A DNA stretch of 63,484 nucleotides, counting the filler, from Saprolegnia diclina VS20 (Eukaryota): NCBI RefSeq assembly GCF_000281045.1. It is 5 parts of 2 records of this genome, joined end to end, with 100 filler letters (N's around TTAATTAATTAA, not from the genome) between each part and the next. Parts side by side here need not be neighbours in the genome. Positions count along the whole stretch, not along the records: positions 19,599 to 42,606 come from NW_008246076.1; positions 42,707 to 58,357 come from NW_008246076.1; 3 more parts are not named here. One strand, written 5' to 3'. Below, one piece after another: positions 33,224 through 45,590 of this stretch. Positions within the stretch are counted from its first letter, which is position 1. Each line of letters begins with the position of its first letter. Made by a program: the position numbers and the translations under genes. The notes beneath the pieces were generated by a model. The model was given only the letters and a program-made list of their open reading frames with translations. It was not told where the DNA came from and made no database searches.

Positions 33224-35243
33224 TTACTTGCGCTTGTTGATGTCGCGGATGTACATGAGCTTGGCGACGATTTCGGCTACACGACAAATAAGACAATAAG
33301 ACAATAAGAAGACGACATGGATGCTTACCGCACTCGTACGCCGACTCGGCCGAGTAGTCGATCGTCTCCTCTTCGGGCTGGCTGAAGTGGATCTGAAAGT
33401 CGCACGGGTCGGTGAGGAAGCGCAGCCACGTGATGCTCGAGATCGGACGCTCCGACTAGTATCAATCCATCAACCTCATAATATGCCAAGATGAGACAAT
33501 ATTTGTCTTCCTACCACTTTGATGTTGGTGCGCGAGATCATTGCGCGCTCGCCGACCTTTTTGTTGTACACTTTGTGCAAGTCGACGCCAAACATGCGGT
33601 GCTGGCGCTTGCGAAACTTGTTGGTTTTCATCACCTTCCACTCCTTGTACATGGCGGCCTTGACGTCGTTGTACATGAACGTCGACGGGTCCGGGCGCAC
33701 GTTCTTGAGCGCTTCCGCGGGGTTCTCATCGACCTCTGCCGTGCTATCAGCGCCTCTAAGATCGTAGAGTGCGCACCGGTGGCGTCCGACGTCGGGGCGA
33801 CGTGCGCAGAGACTTTTGGGGCGTCGGCGTACACCTCTTTCCACGAGCATCAGCAGATGGAACGAGAGCGCAACGTACTGCGCGCGAGCGTGACCTCTTG
33901 GAGCCCGAGCGGCTTGAGCGGTCGGTCGAGGTCGATTTCGTCCGAGACAAGGTCGAGCCGGACCTTCTCGGCGTCGTTGACTTTGAGGACGTACTCGTCG
34001 AGGACGGGAAGGCGGTGGCGCCTCGCAAGCACAGGCAGCAAGTCCTTCCCGCACATGCCGTCTTTGAGTGCGACGACCGTGTAATTGTCGTTGGGCCTAC
34101 ATCAACTCAAACTCAATATGCTTGTCGTCGATTTGAGAAGAAACATGAAGATTTTGAGAATCGCCTTGTCGCTCGCGCCGCCAAACCGCCGGTGGATCGA
34201 GAGCGAGTTGTCTTGCGAGCTGATTTGGAGACCGCTCGTCGAGCCTTGCCGGTACGTATCTACATCGCGTGTCATCAATCCGACTTGCAAAATGGATCGA
34301 TTTTTGGATAGTTGGATAGTTAGATAGATGGTACCGGGGCTGTGCTCGTTGGGCGGACACGCGTCGGGGCGTTCGCAGAGGCAAAACTCGTGGTCGCCAT
34401 TGTCGCCAAAGTTTTTGATCTTGCGGGATCGGTCGAGCGCCGGGCAGTCTTCGTCCGGGTACCCGTCCATGTCGTGCAAGCGCAGGTCGTAGCACTCGGG
34501 GTGGCCGTAGTAGAGCGGCGGCTGCCGCGCCTCCTTGCGGTGCGAGCTCAAAATGGCCTGGATCGACTCTTCGACGGTCGAGATTTCATAGAGCTGCATG
34601 CGCGTTAGACACGAGGCGACCAAGCCCATGTACCTCAAGGTTCATCTCTTGGCGGTTCGGAAGGTAGATCTTGAGGTAGAGCACGGGCGAGTCGATTGCA
34701 GCCTTGGTGCCGGCGAGGCCCATTGGCATACCCGAGCTACCCTTGAGGGCGGCGTCCAGCGCCGTCGTCGCCGCCGATGGAAGCGACTCGACGGGCTCGC
34801 GCTCAAACATAAACGACTCCTACAGCTCCATGCTGACGAGTGCACCGAGGTAGAGACAAGCGGACCTCGTCGCTGTCGTCGTCCGAGTCGCCCCGCTTGC
34901 TCTTCTTCTTGTCAAAGACCACGACGCGCGGCTTCCCTGGCGGGTTGTTGCCGCCGTTCGCCGGGCGCTTCTCGGAGACCGTAGGCTTGAGCTTGGGCGG
35001 GTGTGGCGGCGGCGATGACTGCGGCGCGGCGCCGTTGGTCGAGGTCGGCGTCGGCAGCGCGGCTTGGATCGACTGCCGCTCCATCCATGACGAGCGCATC
35101 TCAAAGGAAGCGACCTTGGGCGACGAGTTGAAGATGCGATCGACCTCCGAGTCTTGCCGGTCGTGGAAGCGCGGGCTGTTGCATGCGTTCAAGCGCAGGA
35201 GGCTGATGAGGCCGCGTAGCTCGCTCACCTCGGACAGCTGCAT
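33224..35243 (-). CDS. SIN1: TORC2 subunit SIN1/Avo1/MAPKAP1 homolog; multi-exon
   Basis: CRIM domain LKIYLP...TVEESIQAIL...YDLRLHDMDGYPDEDCPALDRSRKIKNFG..EFCLCE. C-terminal PH YKEWKV.K.NKF..RQHRMFGVD...AEIVAKL.YI. Confidence 0.85.
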
Positions 35244-35593
35244 GATGGCGTAATGCCCGGTCAATGTCCGCTTTTCAAAAACGGATTTCGGACATGTCCT
35301 AATTCGAGCACCCGACGTGTCCAGTGTGATACAAATGGGATTTCCACAGCACCACCTTTTGTGATTTCAACACCACGGGCCACGAGCTCAAATAGCCTTT
35401 GGACACGAGTGCGGGCTCCAATGGACGCATTCCTACTCTTGTGTACACGTACTACCGTGTGGTGGATACACACTGGACGAGTTCATTTTGACGAGCGATG
35501 CCAGTGTCCTAGCGTGCTGCCAATGTATATTCCGTAGAGGCGTCCGTGTGACGACCCCCTTTTCGGAATCAATGCGGCCTGCCTATTTTCAGC

Positions 35594-36503
35594 ATGATGC
35601 ACCGGATGGCCGCGCGGTCCATGGGAAGCCGCGCGATGCGACGGCCGTGGCTGCTCTGCGCTGACTTTGACGACACCATCAGCGCCAAGGACACGATCCA
35701 AGACCTCGCGCTTCTGGCATGCGCGGCGCGCGGCGCATCTTCGGCGACGTGGTCCCAGCTCTGCCAGCAGTACATGGATGAGTACATGCCTGCGATGGCC
35801 TCGATCCCGCATACGTCGCCGCCCGTGGCCTACGATCCTATTGGCTTGGCGAACTTCTTGCGAACGTTTAGCGCCGTGGACAAGGCGTCGATCGACCGCG
35901 TGGTGGCGAGCAGCGTCTTGGCCGGTCTCTCGCGAGATGTGATTGCCGACGGCGCCACGTCTCTCGTGACGCTCAAGCCCGACGCCGCCTCGGTTCTCTC
36001 GCAGCTGTCTATGCCGCTTGCGCTAATCTCGAGCAACTGGTCACGCGACTGGCTGGCTGCGTCCATGCATGGCATTGCTGTCGACGCTGTTTACGCCAAT
36101 GGTAGCATCATTCGACTCCTCCCTTGGCGATTCACCGATGGTAGACTTGGTGTTTGATGATGGCGTCTCCACCGGCGACCTCGCTTTGTGCATGCAGTCG
36201 CCGTTTGAGAAGGCGCAATGCGTGACCAAGTTGCAAGACCACGCGAGCATTATCTATGTTGGCGACGGTGTCAATGACCTCCTCGCCCTGCTTACAGCCG
36301 ACGTCGGCATCGTCTTTGGCAACCCGACGGCATCGGCGTCCCGCGTCGCGCGGCATTTTGGCGTGCGCCTCGTCGATCTCGTGGACGAAAACACAGTGTC
36401 TGTCGCAGCGCTGGCTACGCGTGCGGCGACCTCCAAAGTAGAGAACGCGCCGTTGCTCTTCCGCGCACCGTCGTGGCACGTTCTGGGCCCATTTCTGTGC
36501 TAA
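35594..36503 (+). CDS. HAD-superfamily phosphatase (TH2/Cto1-like, possible thiamine-phosphate phosphatase); 1 intron
   Basis: Motif I DFDDTIS.KDT, motif II ISSNWS, motif III K in SPFEK and motif IV YVGDGVNDLLALLTADVGI. Confidence 0.8.
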
Positions 36504-36721
36504 GACAGTTAGAACATAGAGGATCACTTCCAGTAGGTTGGCGTCTGTAGTGCTGAGCAGCTTTCACGTCCCTACTGATGTCCGTAGTGCGACAGCAAAA
36601 CCAAATCCTGGCGATTGGTGATAGGTGGTGCTGTAGAAAGGCAATGTGATCTCGACATTTGATTGGTGGAATATTTGATACCGGCGTCTGATTGGTCGAA
36701 ATGGATCTATATTCGGCCCCG

Positions 36722-38442
36722 ATGGTCAAGGTCGTGGCCGTCACGCGCGGACCAACGCGGGTGGCGCCACGGCACGACGCCCCCTTCGCCGTACGCCGCG
36801 ATTACTCGGGCGTTGCAATACACGGCTTGCTCCTTCTCAACCTCCTCGCAATGGTAAAAGCACTCTGTCAAACGAGGTCTTATATTTCTAGCCCATGAAG
36901 GCGTACGTTTCGGAGGCTTTTCCGTGGGCCCCGGTCGCCGATGCGCCACCGTCGTTTCCCAACTATAGCGCTTTCAATACATCGACGCTGGCACTTGACA
37001 TGGCCTTGTACACGCCAGCGACGTCGCTCCCAGAAGGCGCCACGTACGTGATCGATGCAAAAAGGAACACGCATGTGTTTCGCCACGTCATTCACCGCAG
37101 CACACCGCTGCGCTCGCTGGCCGAATGCGACGACACGTTTCTTGTCGGAATTCCTGGCATGTTCTTCGCGGGCCCCGTGATCCACAAGTTGCTCTGCGAC
37201 TGCGCGATGGCGCCCAACATGACGGCGTTGCACGGCCGCGGGTCGTGCCTCTACCTCACCATGACGTCGTTGATGCACGGCCACGTATGCGTCTGGATCG
37301 TCGCCGATGCGCCCAACGAATCGATTGTCTTCTACGCCTACACACCGCGGGTCTTGCCATCGGCGTTTCTTTGGTTCAAATTTGCCTACCTTCTGCCTGT
37401 TCCTCTCGTGCTGTGCGCTCCGCCTCGTTCACAAGAGATACCATGTGCACGTAGCGGCGCTCGAGACGCTGCTGCGACGCCACGGCCATCAACGCCAGCG
37501 TCTCTCGCCGCACACGTGGCGCTATACAATCGTGTGGGGCGACCCGTCCGTGCTCGTACTCGCCAACCCGTACATTTGCATCGGGTTTCTCATTGATGCA
37601 TGGCTCAGTGCGGACATGGCCGGCCTCGCAGTCCTTCGACTCTATCAAACGAGCGATCGATGGCTGCTTCTGCGCTCTAGTTTGTATCTCTCGCGCGTGG
37701 TACATCGAGTCGTAGCCAACTCGTCGTGGTGACGTGTATCGAGTAGGTGTGGGCAGCGTACGCGGCCTTGTGCGCGACCAACGCGGCCTTGAAACGCTGG
37801 AAGCGAGAGCACTTGTTTTCGCCATTGGACCCGACCGTCGCCGTGATACTTGTCACGGTGTTTTGCGTCAGCATCTCGTGGCTGAGCCAGAACGTCGGTG
37901 TCTTCTTGAAGACAATGCGCTATCTCTATGAGCTCGCAGGATCGACGGGCGAGTCAACCGATATCTTTGTGGGATGCTCAGCCTTCACGCTCGCCATTCC
38001 GCTGGTACCGCTAGGCCACGGCTTTCTCCGGTCGCTCGCGGCCACGAACTCGGTCGGCCCTTCTTCGTACAGCAGCTTTCGCTACAAAAACTTGAAGAAT
38101 CGCGTCTGGAGTCGCATGACGCGCTGCTGGCAGCGCCGACCCGAGCCTCGCGTCGCGCTCGGCGGTACCATGCACGCGCTACGTCCGCGCTTCAAGACAT
38201 GCGTGACGATGGACTGGCACGCGACGGACTGCTTTGTCTTGTGCTACTGCAACGACGTCTTGGACACGACGCTCCGCGTTGGGCTCCTCAATGCCCTTGA
38301 TCGGCGTGAGTCGGACCCCGAAGGCTCCATCACCACGTCGTGCGCGCCGTCCGAGTATGGTGTTTTCCAGCTGCGCTGCTTACCAATACCGGGCACCCAC
38401 AGTCTCTCAGCACCCGCGACGCCGTCGGCCTGGTGTCTGTAG
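36722..38442 (+). pseudogene. Multi-pass membrane family paralog 2, frameshifted by a 4-nt insertion at 37391-37394
   Basis: All family motifs are present, but the conserved Y-R codon reads TAC C[TTCT]GC. Deleting TTCT restores WFKFAYRLFLSCCALRLVHKRY with the same spacing as the paralogs. Confidence 0.7.
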
Positions 38443-38810
38443 CTGTTCTCAGGGTATTGTCTTACTCGTGATGGCAATGACATCAGTATGCACCCGAGAC
38501 GTGATTTTGATTATTTTCTGTAAATATACACTCAGATTGCCCCGAAAGCTTATAGACCTCGAGCAGGACTGGTACCGTATCTCCCCTTGTGCACTTCTTG
38601 AGTGAACTAACTAAAGACGTTATACACCCGCAACTACTCCGTTTGGTGGGACGAGGTTAGGTCGAGACGAGAAGCACAGAGCAACGTCGTTGACTGGTGG
38701 CAATGTGGCACATTTGAATTTCGAACAAATTACGGTATAGCTGCGCTGCAAATATTAGACTAACCACTTGGTTCTTGCCATATTTCGCCAACGGCTATAT
38801 TTGAACGGCG

Positions 38811-40642
38811 ATGCTATCAAGCAAAGTCGCCGCCCTTTCTGCGGCCGAGCGGCCGTCGTATGTCGTGCGCCGGGACAGACCCAGCCACGTCGTGCGATTC
38901 ATTCTCGTTCTCAACCTCCTCTCCATGGTAGCTTCTCTCTTCACGGGCACGAGTGACACCCCCTTTGTCTAGTCCCTCAAGGCGTACATCTCGGAAGCCT
39001 TTCCATGGTCCCCGCTGCCCTTCCCCACGACCGTCTTTGCCAACTTTTCGGACTTCAACACGTCGACACTCGCCGAGAGTCAACGTCGGTACAATCGAAG
39101 GACGCTGCCGACCCTCAACACGTACACGTTTGATTCGATGCAAAACAGCCACGTGCTCCGCCACGTCTTCGCTCGGACACGAACGATCCCAGAGACCGAC
39201 TGCACGACCGACGCCATAGCTGGCATTCCCGGGGCCATGTACATTGGCTCCTCTGCCCGATCCGTCATCTGCCAGTGCGCCGCATCGGCCAATATGACTC
39301 AATGGCATCTTCGTGGCGGGTGCTACTACGACAAGCAGCTCTCGCAGCTCAACGGCCACACGTGCGTGTGGGTGACGGCCGGCGATGACATTATCGGCAC
39401 GGATGCCAATGAGACGATCACCATCACCCACGTGTACACGCCGATGGTGCTCTCGCCAACGTTTGTGTGGCTCAAGTTTTTGTACCGTCTCAGTATCACG
39501 GGCGTGGTCGGCTACCTTCTCCATACAAACTACAACGTTCACGTACGGGAGCTGGAGCGTGCGCTGCGGCGGTATGGGCACCGACGTGACATCTCGGGCG
39601 ACTGGTCGTACACGATTGTGATTGGCGACCCGACTGTCCTTGTTCTGGCACACCCGCTGGTGACGCTTGGATTTGTCTTGGACGTCTGGCTGAGCACGGA
39701 CAATGTCGGGATCGCCACATTGCGTGCGTCGCAGCTCAACGACCCGCTGCTCATGTTCCAGACCACGCTCTACTTGTCTCGACTGGTAGGACAAAATGGA
39801 TCTAGAAATGCGATGCCAGATTTACTTCTTGTAGGTCTGGTTTGCGTACGCCGCATTGAGCCTTGTCAATATGCAGCTCAAGCGCTGCCATGTCGAACAC
39901 CGCTTCAAGGCCGTGGACCCCACTATCGTGGCAATAGCGGTCACAATCTACAGCTTTGTGCTGTCGTGGGCCGGCCAGAACGTACCATTGCTCGTTGCGC
40001 TCTTCCAGTGGCTCTACCGCCTCCCGGTGCCGGCGTCACGCCAAAATGAAGAGCTGGAGCTTATCCTGAGCTGCAGTGTCTTTACGTTCATGATCACGAT
40101 CGGTCCAGTCACCTACGGCTTCTTTGCCATGTGCTTGGAGCGTACTTGCATCCATCTACCTCCATCTAATGCAGTCGAATGACGCCGGCTTTGTAGGTGT
40201 ACTCCCCCCACACCCGGGGATTTCATACCACTCGCAGAGCTACACCAATATAAAGAACCGGGTGCTGTACGCGCTACTCCACCACGGTGGCTGCTCGAAA
40301 CGAAACGAACCCGCGCGACTCTCCCTTGGTGGCACCGTACACGAAGCTTTGACCCAGCACCCCCGTGACAAGCGCTGCGTCACCATGAGCTGGCGCGCGA
40401 CCGACTGCTTCGTCTTGTGCTACAGCGAGGATAGGGTTCTCGATACGACATTGCGTCTGAGTTTGGTCGCGAGTGTCGATCCACCTCGTCGCGCCGCACG
40501 TGGTGTCACGCCCGAAAAAACCTCGGAGCCCTCTGTCTATGTCGTGAGTCAGTTGGCACAGCACCCGGGCCCATGGGGCAGTGATACGAGTCCGTACTCT
40601 TTCGTGCACCCGGCCACGGGGCCGACCGCATGGTGCCTCTAG
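38811..40642 (+). CDS. Multi-pass membrane family paralog 3 (appears intact, 3 introns)
   Basis: NLLSM|SLKAYISEAFPW, GHTCVW, WLKFLYR, GDPT, YLSRL|VWFAY, EHRFKAVDPT, DCFVLCY and terminal AWCL*. Confidence 0.85.
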
Positions 40643-40880
40643 CGTTTTCATTGTAGTAACGACGAATCACTGCATTCTCAGAGCTTAGTGCTATTGAGAT
40701 TTTGCAAGTACATACACCCGCCATTCTATAGAACGAACAAAAATAATAAAATCAGCTGCGATCTGAGTCGAAGAATTTGCTGGAGCGAAAAGACTTTAAA
40801 AGAACAAACTAAGATCGACTTGTTGCATTATTAGCAAAATCTCAGCGCCTGGTTGACCATATTCGTTGCCGTCATCGCAC

Positions 40881-42606
40881 TTAGATACACCAATGGGACG
40901 GCTCCCGCGCCCGCGCAATGACCGGTGGAAATTGATCGAGAAGCCGGTGCAGCGTGTACTTGGAGGTAGTTGGTGCGTTCAGCACGGCAAGCGACGGCGT
41001 GGGCTCGTTGCGGTCGAGGCTCTCGAGCAAGCTGAGGCGGAGACGCTCGACAAGCACATTGTCCTTGTAGCAGTAGACAAAGCAGTCGGCGCTCCGAAAA
41101 CTAATCGTTGGCGACCGCTTATAGCGCGCGTTTCGACGAAAGATGCTGTAGACAGAGCCGCCGACCTCGGGTGCCAAGCTGTTCTTGTCGGGGTGCGCCC
41201 ACTGCAGCACGGTGAACATCGCTTGGGATTTGACACCGTTGTAGCGAAAGCTGCCAAAAGGCGATGCTACGGCCGACGACTGTGCTGTGATTCGGCGGCT
41301 TTCTATTCTCAGCAGTAGGAGTGAAGAGGTCGAAGAAGATGAACGAGCAACTGACGTGTACGGTGGCGGCGACANNNNNNNNNNNNNNNNNNNNNNNNNN
41401 NNNNNNNNNNNNNNNNNNNNNNNNNNNNNNNNNNNNNNNNNNNNNNNNNNNNNNNNNNNNNNNNNNNNNNNNNNNNNNNNNNNNNNNNNNNNNNNNNNNN
41501 NNNNNNNNNNNNNNNNNNNNNNNNNNNNNNNNNNNNNNNNNNNNNNNNNNNNNNNNNNNNNNNNNNNNNNNNNNNNNNNNNNNNNNNNNNNNNNNNNNNN
41601 NNNNNNNNNNNNNNNNNNNNNNNNNNNNNNNNNNNNNNNNNNNNNNNNNNNNNNNNNNNNNNNNNNNNNNNNNNNNNNNNNNNNNNNNNNNNNNNNNNNN
41701 NNNNNNNNNNNNNNNNNNNNNNNNNNNNNNNNNNNNNNNNNNNNNNNNNNNNNNNNNNNNNNNNNNNNNNNNNNNNNNNNNNNNNNNNNNNNNNNNNNNN
41801 NNNNNNNNNNNNNNNNNNNNNNNNNNNNNNNNNNNNNNNNNNNNNNNNNNNNNNNNNNNNNNNNNNNNNNNNNNNNNNNNNNNNNNNNNNNNNNNNNNNN
41901 NNNNNNNNNNNNNNNNNNNNNNNNNNNNNNNNNNNNNNNNNNNNNNNNNNNNNNNNNNNTTGGTCCACATGAGGTGGAGCGTCAGCAGTGAGATGCCAAT
42001 GCGGTAGACAAACTTGAGCGAGTGGAGCGCGGAATACGTGTACACTTTATGGGCCGCTACCAGTGTGTATGTGTCGTGACTGCTGGTGTTGCTGCCGTCA
42101 AGCTCATTTCCGGCACGAAGCCAGACGCACTGATGCCCGATGGCCATTGAAAAATACGTGATGTACATGCACGCACCGCGGCGGTCCCACGTCCCGTCAC
42201 TGGGCGACGAGTGGTTGGCCGCAGCAAAGGCACAGAGAACATTACGGATGCCAGCGCCGTAGAAGAGAACGCTCGGCAGACCGACAAGAAATCGGTCGCG
42301 GCAGTCGTCAACCAGAATGGGACGGTGGTTCATGACGAGGACATGGCGCATCACTTGGGTGTTGCGTGCGCTGTCGTCGAAAAAGAGTGCTGTCGCCGGT
42401 AGCGTCGAGACGTTGTACGCCGCTTGCATATGAGCCAGCGTCTTTATGTTAAAGTCCGAGTCGTTGGCATACGTTGGTGGCGGGGGTTGTGCCGCCCACG
42501 GCGGGTGCTCGGAGACGTACGCCTTCATCGGCTACAAAGTCAGCTTTTGAGTGAGACCTTTCTGACATCCTACCATGCTGGCAATGTTGAGGAGCATGAT
42601 GGTGCT
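40881..42606 (-). CDS. Multi-pass membrane family paralog 4; 5'-truncated, gap 41375-41959, possibly disrupted near 41290
   Basis: NIASM|PMKAYVSEHPPW, GHQCVW, LKFVYR, GGSV, TISFRSADCFVYCY and terminal HWCI*. Confidence 0.75.
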
Positions 42607-42706
42607 NNNNNNNNNNNNNNNNNNNNNNNNNNNNNNNNNNNNNNNNNNNNTTAATTAATTAANNNNNNNNNNNNNNNNNNNNNNNNNNNNNNNNNNNNNN
42701 NNNNNN
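42607..42706. other. Artificial scaffold-joining spacer
   Basis: 44N-TTAATTAATTAA-44N. Confidence 0.98.
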
Positions 42707-43950
42707 AAATGACCGCGTTCGTTGCGCGAGCGCTTGCCGAGGAGGTACATAAACTGCTCGTAGCGCACGATGGCCGCGGCCACCACCTCGGGATGCTTCC
42801 AGTACTCGGTGTGGGGTACCATCTTGTTGATATAGTCGAGTTGCCGGAACATGGCTTGGACAAGGTCGATCGAGTAGGCGCCGACCGCTTGTTGATCGAT
42901 TGTATTGGCGAGCTTGCAAAGACTCGTGCGCAAGCTAGGCGCACCAAGCTCAACCGAGTGTTCGCAACTCAAGACCATGTCGAGCAAGGCAGCAAAGAAC
43001 GTTGCGAAGTGACCGTCACGGGGCACCCCGGGGGGCGTGTGGAGCCTCGCGCCATATCGCGTCGCCGTGACACCGGGAAAGCGCGCCAGGACACCGGGGT
43101 ATGCGGCCAGAAACGCCAATACCTTGTACGTCTCGTACAAAAGCGGGCCGTCGCACGCGGGGCACATGACGGGCTGCAGCAAAATGTGCATTTGAAACGA
43201 GATGGCTGGCGGCAGCGACGCGTTGCAGTGGGCGCAGGTGCTGACGACATCGGCGAGCGGCGTGAGCGACGGCTCATTCTTGCTAGCATACAAGTCGACG
43301 GGGTGCAGTCGATGCACAGTGTGTGCAAAGTTGGTGGCGCCGCCGGCCACGTAAAGCCGTTCTTGTTCCAAAAAATAGCTGTAGACGTCGACAATGTCGG
43401 TGAAGCTGCCTGTGACGGTGTAGACGTCAATGATGCCTTCAAGATGGCGCTGGACGAGATCGATGCTCACATTGCACTTGGGCACCGCCGGTCCCTTGGG
43501 ACGGGATTCTTTGATGCGGCGCGCCACCGAGAGAAAGCGTGTCCAGTCGTCGACGCGCGATGGCCATGCAACGCCGCTCGAGGCTGCGTACAAGCATTCG
43601 AGGAGCTCGTCTCGCGCCGACGCTGTGGGCACATTGATGACGGCGCGTGTCTTGCCGTGTTCACAGAGCTCGAATGGGAAGCGCCGCGTGGTATCGAGCG
43701 CATCGAGGATACGCGTTGTGCAGGCAGTCGTATTGCACGCCCACTGGAGTTTGTCGCCGTCAAACACTTCAAGTGCTTTGGCCGTGAGCACGATTTGACG
43801 CGATGTCCAGGAGGCGAGTAGCCATTTGGTTTCCTTGACGTCCACGTCGACAACGTACGATGCGTCATGCTGCGTGTTGTCGGGCGATTCAGCGAAAGAT
43901 GAACGGACAAGGGTGGCCAAGGGCACGGGCACTGCGATCGCGCTCTCCAT
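42707..43950 (-). CDS. DUF1399 / glycine-rich-domain (GRDP)-like protein with PH-like N-terminus and CxxC...CxxC; 3'-truncated
   Basis: SIDLVQAMFRQLDYINKM....YW.HPEVVAAAIVRYEQFMYLL matches the DUF1399 pattern. Also CAHC...CPAC. Long open frame running to the scaffold end. Confidence 0.7.
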
Positions 43951-43967
43951 CGAAGGTACGTCACCAG

Positions 43968-43983
43968 AAATTGCAAAGTGAGC
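43968..43983 (-). promoter_or_regulatory. Oomycete Inr+FPR core promoter (GCTCACTTTGCAATTT)
   Basis: Matches the consensus GCTCAYTYYNCAWTTT, 17 nt upstream of the ATG at 43950. Confidence 0.8.
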
Positions 43984-44472
43984 AAAACGACTGTCGCTCA
44001 AAAACAGATGGTTTTTGAAAGTTGAACTACAACCGGCACACGCTCAGACCCAATCAAGCAAGAGAAGCGAAGCGCAGTTTTTCGGCCTTGACTACGATTG
44101 TTTTGGCTGACACAAAACGCCCTCGAGTGACTCAAATGCCAAGAAACAAATCATTCACCAAGGGACAGATACCATCGAAGNNNNNNNNNNNNNNNNNNNN
44201 NNNNNNNNNNNNNNNNNNNNNNNNNNNNNNNNNNNNNNNNNNNNNNNNNNNNNNNNNNNNNNNNNNNNNNNNNNNNNNNNATCACTGAATCTCTACGTTT
44301 ACCATCGCAAAGATGTTCTCGATTATGCAGCCAATCAACGGGACAACGCGACAAGGTAAAACATGAACGCACGAGCAGGTTTGGTATCGTTTCAACTCGA
44401 GGTGTGCGAGAATTCATATTTTCTACTAGTGTACGGGCTTCAGCGTGTCGCTCTACGATCTACTAGTTTACA

Positions 44473-45546
44473 TCAAGGAGCCGACGAATGCTCGATGGGC
44501 TCGACGTAAATGCTAGTCGTCGCCGCGGCTTGCTTGCGCTGCCGACGCACCACGATGACCATGCCAATGGCCAGCAACGCCGCCAACACAAAACCGACGA
44601 TCGCGGCGGTGCGGTAGCCCGACGACACGCCCGCACTCGCATCGTCGGTTGCTGTCGTCGCTGACCCGTCGCTGACCTTGTCGGCTGGCGGCGCTGTCGA
44701 CGAGGGCTTGTACTGCTTGGTGGGCGTGCCGTCGTAAATGTCGGACGTCGCCATGAGTGTTTGCGCCAACGACGACTTGATCTGGAAGCTCATGGGGGCA
44801 ACGGCCGCGAGGCAGCTCGTGTCGAGCGCCGTCACATCACCGTCGACTGTCACAAACGAACCGACGAGCTGGGCCGCGCACGGAGCTCCGCCCTAGCGTA
44901 CGTCAACCGTCAGCAAGTTTTTGTATGTGTAAAAAGCAAGTACCAGCTTCGTCACGGGCGTGTTGACGATGGTACCGTGGGCCGAGTAGTTGAACTCGAC
45001 CAGGCGTTTGGCCGACCCGATAAAGCTGTCGTACTGGTTGCGAGCGCCTCTCGCAGTGGTCTGCGGGTCCAAGAGCCCGCTCAGAAGCAAGACGCTCGTG
45101 CCCTTGGGGATCGTGATCGGCACGTCATAGTAGGTATCGCGCGGGTACTGCCACTTGTAGCTGTTGCTCGGTGAACGCTCGTTGATGCAATTGGGGTCAC
45201 TGCCGCCGCTGGCAATGCAGTAGGTGGTCACTAAGCTCGCAATGTTGCTGCCGATGAGTGTGTTCGTGAACGTTTGCTTGAGTGTGTCGTAGGATTCCGT
45301 GGGCGTCCGCCAGAGCTCCGACACCACAATGAGGTTGTACAGCATTGTCGACTCGAAACCGTCCGACTCGTCCTGCGTGTTGCCCCTAGACAGTAAAATA
45401 TAAGATGCCCTGTCGCATAGCACAAATGGTACTTACATGTTTTGAACTTGAGTGGCAAAGTTGGCGATCGCAAGAATGTCGGCTTGATTGCAGCGGTTGA
45501 AACGGTAGACAAGCGCCTATGGTGGAGAATGAATATAACCGAATTG

Positions 45547-45590
<44 letters not shown>

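Noticed and set aside
33285..33310. Short tandem repeat of ACAATAAG units
   Set aside because: Two to three units in a SIN1 intron; ordinary slippage.
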